This document shows positions 54,987 through 62,749 of a stretch of DNA of 64,000 nucleotides, in pieces (the stretch's first letter is position 1; each line of letters starts with the position of its first letter). The translations under genes and the position numbers were made by a program. The stretch is taken from the IMG/VR virus record IMGVR_UViG_3300045988_179616, positions 43,395 to 107,394 of that record, one strand, 5' to 3'. The notes below the pieces were generated by a model that did no database searches, was not told where the DNA came from, and saw nothing but the letters and a program-made list of their open reading frames with translations. Source of the stretch: a virus.

Positions 54987-55910
54987 TTAAAACCCCATAT
55001 CGTCTCCTGCTAAACGAGAAGTAGTTGGCGCAGGAGTCTTCATCTCACCCTTTACTTTGTTCATATCCTTAGCCTTTTGAGCTTCTAGACGAGCCTTACG
55101 TTCCTTCATTGCTTGCGCAAGGTCCTCAACATCAAAGGCCTGTTCGCCCTCTAGAGCACTCTGGGAACCACCAGTAATTAGTAGTTCACTAATACTACGG
55201 GTACGAGTCTTTTCAATAGCTTCACCAAAATCTACATCCTCAATATAAGTCTCAGTAGTAGAGGTAAAGTTCAAACGGCCATTAGCCTTAAAGGTATAGT
55301 CGGGCTCCCAATATTGAGTAATAGCATTGATAACATTAGGATTAGAGGCATATAGCTTCACTACTTCAACTTGCTTATTCCAATTAGGAACAATAGCAGT
55401 AATCTCTAGCTTCTTTGGCTCAACTTCAATACCATCCTTATCAACAACATAATTGATATTAGAAACGGCAAAAGTCAGAGAGAAACTGGCTTCGGGCTTG
55501 AAATCACCAGTAGCCTTACCAACGAAAGAGGCAGTAATACGAGGAGAGCTTACAAAACGACCATCCTTGGAGAAGAACTCATTCATCTTGATTTTTGCGC
55601 CAGTAATACGAATCTTATCAGCACCTTCGCGTCCACCGGCAGAGGCAATAGATATAAACTCTTCCTTGACACGCTGAATGCTTTCATAGGAGGGATTCAG
55701 ACCTCCATCCTTCTTATACTTTTGACTAAAAAGATGGACAGGGATTTCAAGATGTAGAGGAACAGCATTTACGACTTGCTCAACAAGTACCTTGATAGTT
55801 CCTCCAATTGTCTCGATTGTCTCGCCATTCTTGACAAAAGAACCATACTTCAAATCAGTTTCACTTAGTAGACCTTCAATACGAACACGGTTTTCAGCTT
55901 CATGTAGCAT
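54987..55910 (-). CDS. Single-stranded DNA-binding protein candidate (307 aa)
   Basis: Acidic-aromatic C-terminal tip (..LAGDDMGF) resembling SSB/gp2.5 tails. Highly expressed codon class. Neighbour of the Sak4-like ATPase. The OB fold cannot be verified by eye. Confidence 0.4.
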   Translation of the reverse strand: MLHEAENRVRIEGLLSETDLKYGSFVKNGETIETIGGTIKVLVEQVVNAVPLHLEIPVHLFSQKYKKDGGLNPSYESIQRVKEEFISIASAGGREGADKIRITGAKIKMNEFFSKDGRFVSSPRITASFVGKATGDFKPEASFSLTFAVSNINYVVDKDGIEVEPKKLEITAIVPNWNKQVEVVKLYASNPNVINAITQYWEPDYTFKANGRLNFTSTTETYIEDVDFGEAIEKTRTRSISELLITGGSQSALEGEQAFDVEDLAQAMKERKARLEAQKAKDMNKVKGEMKTPAPTTSRLAGDDMGF

Positions 55911-55957
55911 AAAGTTTTTCTCCTTTTTACATTTACAATAATTACTTTGGTTCTTTC

Positions 55958-55987
55958 ATAAAAAGGTAGGAAGGATTTCTTCCTACC
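55958..55987 (-). terminator. Rho-independent terminator
   Basis: Minus strand GGTAGGAAG-aaatc-CTTCCTACC followed by TTTTTAT. Confidence 0.65.
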
Positions 55988-56003
55988 AAATTATCAAAAT
56001 AAA

Positions 56004-56255
56004 TTACTCAGCGTCATCACTGGGGACAAAGGTGGCGCCGGCATCAGTTAGATTTACATAAACTACGGGCTTCTCAGCACCCTCAACCTCAACCTTCTCA
56101 CGCTCAACTAGACCCTTCTTCTGTAGGTCAGTTACATTAGCACCTACGGAACGAGAGGCACGACCAATGGCATTGCAAATCTCATCAATAGAGACATGGC
56201 CTCCACTGGACTTGACATAATCAAATACTTCAGAACTCTTAGCAGTCAGCTTCAT
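56004..56255 (-). CDS. Small winged-helix-like DNA-binding protein candidate (83 aa), own promoter and terminator
   Basis: The pattern VSIDEICNAIGRASRSVGANVTDLQKKGLVER resembles a wHTH recognition helix and wing. Monocistronic unit with a consensus promoter. Confidence 0.4.
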   Translation of the reverse strand: MKLTAKSSEVFDYVKSSGGHVSIDEICNAIGRASRSVGANVTDLQKKGLVEREKVEVEGAEKPVVYVNLTDAGATFVPSDDAE

Positions 56256-56337
56256 AATTTTTTTCTCCTTTTACATATAAATTATTTTTATTATTAGATG
56301 AGTAAAGGTTTCATGCCTCTCTCAACTTTCTATAAAT

Positions 56338-56366
56338 ATTATAGCTAAAATTTACAAAACTTTCAA
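56338..56366 (-). promoter_or_regulatory. Consensus promoter (TTGAAA-17-TATAAT) with an ~80-nt leader
   Basis: Minus strand reads TTGAAAGTTTTGTAAATTTTAGCTATAAT. A tandem CTTTCAAA repeat lies just upstream. Confidence 0.6.
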
Positions 56367-56376
56367 ACTTTCAAAC

Positions 56377-58719
56377 TTAGAAATTTTGGATTTTTATTAC
56401 CTTTGAGTTTTCCCCTAATTTTAGAGTTTTGACTCCTTGCGTACCACGACTTAGTACAGGAATTTCTTCAACTTTCACTCGAATTTGGGTAGTAGAAGAT
56501 ACAACTAGAATATCACTAGAATCAATAAGCGGTAGAAAGTCGCAAAGATTATCTGCTCTTTGAATCTTTACTCCTTTGGTTGCTCGTCCGGTAATTTTGA
56601 ATTCGTTTATATCAGTCCGCTTTGAATATCCATCTTCACTCACAGAAAGAATTTCTCTTGTTTCTTTGGGAATAACTCGTCCAAAAACAACCTTATCTCC
56701 CTCATTTAGCTTGATGCCTACAACCCCTCGAGCCACTCTACCAATAGGTCTAATATCTTTAGTTTCGATAATAATAAAGTTTCCTTCCTCAGTAAGAATA
56801 CCGACTCTCTCATCTTTCAAAATAAGAATAGAAGCAATTAAATCACCATCATCCAACTTTAGAGCTTGAACACCAGTGTTCCTTCGTAAATTATACTCAG
56901 AAAGCGCGGACTTCTTTAAAATTCCATTCTTTGTAAGAAAAAGAATATTTGAAGACTCTGTGTCTTTAGAAAGAATTGTAGCTGATTTTATTTCATCGTC
57001 TCCATTGATAGGTAGAAGTGAATTTAGATACTGCTTTTCTCCAATATTGAATTCTCCCATCTTCAAATGATAAAAGGTCCCGCGCCGTGTGAAAAAGAGA
57101 ACTTCATCTGTGTTGTTTCCAATTAGAGTATCAACTACAAATTCACCTTTATCTAATTTAAATTTTGACCCTACACCATTTCTTCGTTGAGAATAAAGTG
57201 TAGAAGTTTCGCTAACAAATACAGCTCCCTCATTTGTGAAAGAAAGAGACAGTTGTTTTTGCTCGATTGTTTCTTCATCATTTGAAATATTCAAAATTTT
57301 GGTACGACGTTCATCACCAAATTTTTCAGCAACCTCGCGCAATCCTTTTTCAATTTCTTTTTTGAGGAGAATTTCATCACCTAAAATGGCTTCAATTCTT
57401 TCTTTTTCAGTTTCAAGATTGGATTTTTCAGTTTCTAACTTTGTAATATCTAAATGAGTTAAACGAGAAAGCTTTAAGTCTAGAATAGCCTTTGCTTGAA
57501 TTTCATCAATATTCAGTAGGCGCTGAAGGCCAATTGAGGCGTTTTTAGCATCTGCGCATTTTTTGATGGTTTTTACCACTTCATCAATCATTGAAATAGC
57601 TTTCATCAAGCCCTCAATAATATGAAGTCGTGCAAGAATCTTCCTTCGATCAAATTGAAAGCCATTTATATATACGCTTTTTTCATGGTCAAGATGGGAC
57701 TGAAGAAGTTCCTTCCAGCCGAATACTTTTGGAAATCTTCCATCTTCCAACATTGTCATATTTATAGTATAATGATTTTGAAGCGAAGTATTCTTATAAA
57801 GATACTTTAGAACCTTTTCTGGTGAAGCATTTTTGGTTAGATAAATTTTAAGATTACATTGATTACCTGTTAAGTCATTAAATCTCTCAATTCCAGGGTT
57901 CTCATCACCATTTAAAATGTCTTCTAATTGTTGACAAATAGTATTGGTATAAACACCAAAAGGAATTTCAGATACAACAAAGCACTTATCTTTGTTTATA
58001 TATTCAATTACACTTCTTAATTTACAAGCAGAACCGGTTCCATTCTTTAGAGAATTTTTTACTTCTTCTGAATTTAGAAGAATCGCGCCAGTGGCAAAAT
58101 CGGGTAAAATTAAGATTTCTTCTACTGGTATATCTGGATTCCATAACAACTTAATAAGGACCTCATTAAGTTCTTTAATATTAAACTGAGGAATTGAACT
58201 AGCCATTCCAGTAGCAATGCCCGATGATCCATTTACTAAATTATAAAAACCCTTACTTGGTAAAACTGAAGGAAATTGAAGATTGTCAGCATAGTTATCT
58301 CTCCATTCTTCAATTACTTCTTTTTGAATGTCAGCAAAAAGATAATTACAGGTTTCTGCTAATCTTGTTGAAGTATATCTTTCACTCGCCCAACTACCAG
58401 AACTCATAAGAGTGCCACTATTACCTTTTACTTCAGTGAGAGGATAGCGCATACAAAAACTCTCTCCTGCGCGCATCATTATCCCTACACAAGAAGAATC
58501 ACCATGAATATAGAAATCCTTCATTGCATCACCCATAGGAGCATTAGTTTTCTCATATGGTTTATCATGGGTATATTTATTCCGCCACATTGAGTAAAAG
58601 ATTTGCCGAGCACTTGGCTTTAGCATATCACGAGAATCAACTAGGGCTCGAGATTGTAGGACTGCTCCACTATATTGAATAAATGAATCTTTTATTACGG
58701 GAGTCATCTGTATTTCCAT
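56377..58719 (-). CDS. Type IIA topoisomerase subunit A (GyrA/ParC-like)
   Basis: 780 aa. Active-site tyrosine context WASERYTSTRL (compare AAMRYTEARL). C-terminal beta-pinwheel-like repeats. Confidence 0.85.
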   Translation of the reverse strand: MEIQMTPVIKDSFIQYSGAVLQSRALVDSRDMLKPSARQIFYSMWRNKYTHDKPYEKTNAPMGDAMKDFYIHGDSSCVGIMMRAGESFCMRYPLTEVKGNSGTLMSSGSWASERYTSTRLAETCNYLFADIQKEVIEEWRDNYADNLQFPSVLPSKGFYNLVNGSSGIATGMASSIPQFNIKELNEVLIKLLWNPDIPVEEILILPDFATGAILLNSEEVKNSLKNGTGSACKLRSVIEYINKDKCFVVSEIPFGVYTNTICQQLEDILNGDENPGIERFNDLTGNQCNLKIYLTKNASPEKVLKYLYKNTSLQNHYTINMTMLEDGRFPKVFGWKELLQSHLDHEKSVYINGFQFDRRKILARLHIIEGLMKAISMIDEVVKTIKKCADAKNASIGLQRLLNIDEIQAKAILDLKLSRLTHLDITKLETEKSNLETEKERIEAILGDEILLKKEIEKGLREVAEKFGDERRTKILNISNDEETIEQKQLSLSFTNEGAVFVSETSTLYSQRRNGVGSKFKLDKGEFVVDTLIGNNTDEVLFFTRRGTFYHLKMGEFNIGEKQYLNSLLPINGDDEIKSATILSKDTESSNILFLTKNGILKKSALSEYNLRRNTGVQALKLDDGDLIASILILKDERVGILTEEGNFIIIETKDIRPIGRVARGVVGIKLNEGDKVVFGRVIPKETREILSVSEDGYSKRTDINEFKITGRATKGVKIQRADNLCDFLPLIDSSDILVVSSTTQIRVKVEEIPVLSRGTQGVKTLKLGENSKVIKIQNF

Positions 58720-58752
58720 TTATTTATACTCCTTTCTTTTCATTATATAAAT

Positions 58753-58792
58753 ATTATAATAAAAAAAAGAGAGGAAATCAAATTTCCTCTCT
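58753..58792 (-). promoter_or_regulatory. Composite terminator-promoter cassette A (hairpin loop supplies the -35 TTGATT; the T-tract is the spacer; TATAAT)
   Basis: Minus strand reads AGAGAGGAAATTTGATTTCCTCTCTTTTTTTTATTATAAT. Hairpin at 58768-58792, -35 at 58776-58781, -10 at 58753-58758. Confidence 0.6.
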
Positions 58793-58798
58793 CTAAAA

Positions 58799-59191
58799 TT
58801 ATTCACGAATAAGTGAAAAATCTACATTTTCAAAAATAAAGTTAGTTCGTGGTTCAACCTCTTTACCCATGAGAGAATAAAGTAAAAAGAAACTTTCTTT
58901 ATCTGGCTTTAGTACATCAAGTCGTTGAAACTCTGGAGTGAACATTGATTCGTGAGCTTCCTGAGCCTCAAGCGCGCCGAGACCCTTCGCGCGATGAACT
59001 TCACCTTTTACTTTTCCTTCAGACTTAGCTTTTTCAAAGTCTTCATCAGTGAAGTAATAGCTTCTCTTCTTTCCTTGCTCAACAATAAAGAGTGGAGACC
59101 GAAGCCAGCAAAGACGTCCTTCTTCAATAAATTGTGGGGCTACTTTTAATAGACAACTCATAATCAAAAGTCCAATATGATAACCATCTGA
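58799..59191 (-). CDS. Type IIA topoisomerase subunit B (GyrB/ParE-like), exon 2
   Basis: Begins SDGYHIGLLIM, which completes the Toprim DxDxDGxHI motif. C-terminal tail domain (RAKGLGA, PxxRxL-like). Confidence 0.8.
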   Translation of the reverse strand, partial: SDGYHIGLLIMSCLLKVAPQFIEEGRLCWLRSPLFIVEQGKKRSYYFTDEDFEKAKSEGKVKGEVHRAKGLGALEAQEAHESMFTPEFQRLDVLKPDKESFFLLYSLMGKEVEPRTNFIFENVDFSLIRE

Positions 59192-59514
59192 CATTTATAC
59201 CCTCAGTTTCCTGATATTTTACACAATTCTTTTTCATCACCTTCTCCATAAAGGTAGATTTTTATGGAACCTAACTCTAAAGAATTGAGGGATTAGACTA
59301 TACCATCTTCAAAATTTTGAAGTCCCTATTATAGTCGTTGAGCGTCCATCCGTTCTGGATGTTTCGTTGCGTTTGATTGCCCAATCCTTTTCGATTTTAC
59401 CTTACCGTTTCCGTTACTAAACGCCATTTATATATCCCTATATAAACTTGGTTGAAAAGGCTCTAAGGGGTTCCCCGCAATTTAAGGGATTTTACGCGGA
59501 CTCAACGTTGGTTA
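59192..59514 (-). ncRNA. Group I self-splicing intron (323 nt, no ORF)
   Basis: The 5' exon ends in U. P1 pairs GCGGAU with the internal guide GUCCGC (59496-59501), with a G-U wobble at the splice site. The terminal nucleotide is G at 59192. P4 is GCGUUU/AAACGC, P6 is CAUCC/GGAUG, P7 is GACUAU (59331-36) / AUAGUC (59296-301), and P8 is the hairpin CUUCAAAAUUUUGAAG (59307-22). Confidence 0.8.
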
Positions 59515-60981
59515 ATCCGCATCGCTACAGATACCTAATTTTCCATAACGAAGTTTTTTTGCATCATATTTCCCAGGAATAATATTCATTGCACTTAAAA
59601 GAAGTTTAACTTCTTCATTCTGAAAAATCTTTTCATCATCATTTGAAAGACAATTTATTATTTTACCTCGAATGGCCATTAATCCTGTATGTTCTACATC
59701 TCTAGCCTGTGCCATTCCATTTAGCGCACTATCTCCTTCACATACCAGGAGGATTGAATCCTGTCCTAAGAACTCCGCATCCTTCAACTTATCACTTGCA
59801 AAAACTTTTTTCCGTTGATTCTTTTCAACTTCTTTACCAGCTTCAAGAACTTGACGGCGCGCTTTTTCAGCTACTTGCTCAGCCTTAGCCTCCTTTGTAA
59901 GAAGTTCCATTACCTTTTCAAATTCATCAGAATGCTTTCGTTCAAACTCCTCTAACATTTGCCCCGTAGCGCGCTGACAAAGCCCCCGAAGTACGGGATT
60001 ATTTACTTTTGTCTTTGTTTGGTCGCTAAAGCTCGGCTGAGGAACTTTACAGCTAACAGCATAGAATAGTCCTTTTCGAAGTATATCAGGAGAAACTTCA
60101 CCTTTGATTTTTTTCTTGAAGTAATTAGTTAGCGCAGTTTTGACTCCTGTTAGACTTGTTCCGCCAGCAGTATTTTCAAGACCATTAGTAAAAACGTGCC
60201 ATTCCTCATTTCTACTACTAGTCCAACACATTACAATTTCAGCCTCAACATCATTTTCTTTCATTATAATATGAAGAGGAGTTTTGTTTAGAGGCTTGTT
60301 AGCACAAGTTTTCATAAAGTCTAAAAGCCCATTTTTAGCTTGATATTGAACTGTTTCTTCCTCTCCCTTTTTGTGGTTATTCAAAATAAAAGTCAAAAAG
60401 GGATAGAGATATGACCAATTCCGGCACATTTCTTTTATGTCGCAAAATTTGAGGTCAATTGGTTCAAGATTATAGACTTCTTGAGATGGGGTAAAATCAA
60501 CAAAAGTTCCTCGATTATTTGAGCTACCAGTTGTAAGTGAAACTTTTTGTCCTTCTTTTAGGACTAATTCAGACTGTTTTCCATCTCTCATTGATACCGC
60601 GCGGAAGGTATCACTCGACAAGGCTGTCCCTTTTGCCCCAATGCCATTGAGCCCTCCTACATTTTGGTAAATTTTATTATTGAATTTTCCTCCACTATGC
60701 GGAAGGGTATAAATTGCTTCAAGTGCATCGACGCCATCTTCTCGCGGACCGAAAGGACATCCCCTTCCATTGTCTAGGACCGTTATTCGGTTTCCATCAT
60801 AAAGGTCAACAACAATACGATTGCAGAATCCCATTGTAGCTTCGTCTATACTATTTGTAATGATTTCACGCACACATTGAAGTACTCCTTGGTTGTCTGC
60901 GCTTCCCATATACATTGCAACCCTAGAGCGAACGGCGTCTTTGAAACTCAAAGTTTCAATAGAGTTAGCATCATAACTCAA
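59515..60981 (-). CDS. Type IIA topoisomerase subunit B (GyrB/ParE-like), exon 1 (TTG start refined)
   Basis: GHKL ATPase motifs (EIITNSIDEA, GRGCPF, GGLNGIGAKG), QTKTKVNNP, and Toprim LLVCEGDSA. Ends ...ICSDAD. AGGAG lies 9 nt before the TTG at 60981. The ORF-track start at 61023 reads through the promoter. Confidence 0.8.
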
Positions 60982-61014
60982 AATTTTCCAACTCCTTTCT
61001 ACATTTATAATAAT

Positions 61015-61054
61015 ATTATACAAAAAAATAGAGGAGAAATCAAATTCTCCTCTA
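61015..61054 (-). promoter_or_regulatory. Composite terminator-promoter cassette B
   Basis: Minus strand reads TAGAGGAGAATTTGATTTCTCCTCTATTTTTTTGTATAAT. -35 TTGATT at 61038-43, -10 at 61015-20, 17-nt spacer. Confidence 0.6.
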
Positions 61055-61100
61055 CTTAAAATTTTTCAAAATGAAGAAGACTAATATCTTTCTTCTTTTA

Positions 61101-61364
61101 TTATTCTTCCTCTACCCAAGAGAGCCAGCGCATTACCAGGTCTTTGTCACTAATATTACAAAGCCCATAAGGACAGTCCTTGTTCATTTCACAAAAACTT
61201 ACGAGACTTCCATCATAGTCCTCTGTGTCTTGACAATTATTACAAAAAGTATCCACCATCCACTTGTCATAAACCGTACCTTCAAGCGCCATTTGGTCAG
61301 ATAGAAATTCTGCCATTTCTTCCATTGAGAGATTTTTGAGTTTTTCAAAATTTGAGAGATTCAT
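61101..61364 (-). CDS. Hypothetical Cys-rich protein (87 aa)
   Basis: ORF containing CNNCQDTEDYDGSLVSFCEMNKDCPYGLC. Confidence 0.45.
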   Translation of the reverse strand: MNLSNFEKLKNLSMEEMAEFLSDQMALEGTVYDKWMVDTFCNNCQDTEDYDGSLVSFCEMNKDCPYGLCNISDKDLVMRWLSWVEEE

Positions 61365-61660
61365 TCATTCGTCTCCTTTCCAAATCTATATTCATCTTTA
61401 GTATAGGTAATTTTAGGAATATTAACCATTGGAGCAACAACTGTATAGAGTAATTCGTCAGGAATAGTTTTATCCACAATTATCTTATCAAACTTTTCTC
61501 CTCGAGTGTTTTCATAAATTCTACTTCTAAGATTAATATAAAACCATCCGCCTCGAATAGTAATATTGTTTTTATTTTTGACTATAAGACAGCCCCTAAA
61601 AAAAGAAAGCCATTTTTCAATATCGTCTGAAATAATAAGAATTTTTACAAAAAATTTCAT
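61361..61660 (-). CDS. Hypothetical protein (99 aa)
   Basis: ORF with an ATGA overlap with the downstream gene. Confidence 0.45.
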   Translation of the reverse strand: MKFFVKILIISDDIEKWLSFFRGCLIVKNKNNITIRGGWFYINLRSRIYENTRGEKFDKIIVDKTIPDELLYTVVAPMVNIPKITYTKDEYRFGKETNE

Positions 61661-61672
61661 AACACCTTATCC

Positions 61673-61948
61673 TTATCCGGCATTAAAACTTGAACAAATG
61701 ACCTGACGATTTTTCAAAGAAACAGATGCCAATCCAATACAAGTTACTTCCAAAGTTTCGATTTTATCTGTCCAGCACCATTTGAAGTATTCCCTACTTT
61801 CCTCAGACATTCCATCTTTAAAAAATAGCTTTCCACTAGGATAAACTCTTCTTGCTTCATCTTCACTTTCAGCACAAACAACAAAAGAATCATATTCATC
61901 CCAAGTAACCTTATCGGTTCTTTTTACTAAATAAAGATAGCTAACCAT
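61673..61948 (-). CDS. Hypothetical protein (91 aa)
   Basis: ORF with a GGAG RBS, directly after cassette C. Confidence 0.45.
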   Translation of the reverse strand: MVSYLYLVKRTDKVTWDEYDSFVVCAESEDEARRVYPSGKLFFKDGMSEESREYFKWCWTDKIETLEVTCIGLASVSLKNRQVICSSFNAG

Positions 61949-61966
61949 TCAAAAACTCCTTCCATC

Positions 61967-62005
61967 TTTTTATTATATTATAAAAGAAAAATGAGAGAAA
62001 ATCAA
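61967..62005 (-). promoter_or_regulatory. Composite terminator-promoter cassette C
   Basis: Minus strand reads GAGAGGAAATTTGATTTTCTCTCATTTTTCTTTTATAAT. -35 at 61990-95, -10 at 61967-72, 17-nt spacer. Confidence 0.6.
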
Positions 62006-62013
62006 ATTTCCTC

Positions 62014-62745
62014 TCACCCTCCAGCTTTCATATTTAGTTGCTTTTGCGTCCCATACAAGTCGATATAGAATTTTTCTCTCTCACTCTGCTTATCTTTCGG
62101 AACCTCTTCTAAAATTTCAAAATTATAATTCCAAATTCCATTCCGCGCCATATGTGTATGAAGCGTTGAGCTGGCAACTTTTTCCATACCCAGCGCGGTC
62201 TGAATATGGGCTTGCCATCTATCCTTGAAATTGACGGTTCGGCCTATATAAGCTTCACCAGTTGGAATATAAGTAATCTTATAAATTCCTCCAATTTTTT
62301 GACCAACAACTCTTTTTATCATCTCATTTGTAGGGCGCCGAACTATACTCTCCCATATAACCTTAGGAAGAACTTCTTTATGACATAAACGGTCTTTCAT
62401 ACTATCCAGAAGTTTTATATCTTCAATATCGTTTTGTGTAAGTTGGATTTTGTAGAAGTCTTCTTTCTCGTTTAGTTCCCGTTCTCGCCGTATCGCTTCA
62501 TTTATAGCATCGCGCCGACTGCGAAAATCTTCTAACTCTCTCCTCAGATAGGAAAGTTCATTATTATAACTTCTTTGTTTCGCTTGGAATTCTTGTTGAG
62601 CGTTTTCTTCTAAATTTTTGTATTTTTCTTCTAAAGCTTTTCGATATACCTTATCAGTATTGGTTTTTAGCTTTTGAATTTTTCTTCGTTGTTTTAGTAA
62701 AAGGAAAATACATCCTAAAACCAATAAAACTAAAACTACTATCAT
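62014..62745 (-). CDS. GIY-YIG nuclease domain protein with N-terminal transmembrane anchor and coiled coil
   Basis: MIVVLVLLVLGCIFLLLKQRRK (hydrophobic helix plus basic stop-transfer). About 90 aa of charged heptads. GGIYKITYIPTGEAYIGRTVNFKDRWQAH...N...E (GIY-YIG core). Confidence 0.65.
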   Translation of the reverse strand: MIVVLVLLVLGCIFLLLKQRRKIQKLKTNTDKVYRKALEEKYKNLEENAQQEFQAKQRSYNNELSYLRRELEDFRSRRDAINEAIRRERELNEKEDFYKIQLTQNDIEDIKLLDSMKDRLCHKEVLPKVIWESIVRRPTNEMIKRVVGQKIGGIYKITYIPTGEAYIGRTVNFKDRWQAHIQTALGMEKVASSTLHTHMARNGIWNYNFEILEEVPKDKQSEREKFYIDLYGTQKQLNMKAGG

Positions 62746-62749
62746 CTTC

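Noticed and set aside
58799-61023. GyrB-like gene as a simple two-gene split or T4 gene-60-style translational bypass; ORF-track start at 61023
   Set aside because: The 323-nt gap has P1 with a G-U wobble, a terminal G and P4/P6/P7/P8 helices typical of group I introns. It is also far longer than a bypass gap. The first 14 codons of the tracked ORF are the TATAAT promoter and leader; a TTG at 60981 with an AGGAG RBS gives the canonical GyrB N-terminus.
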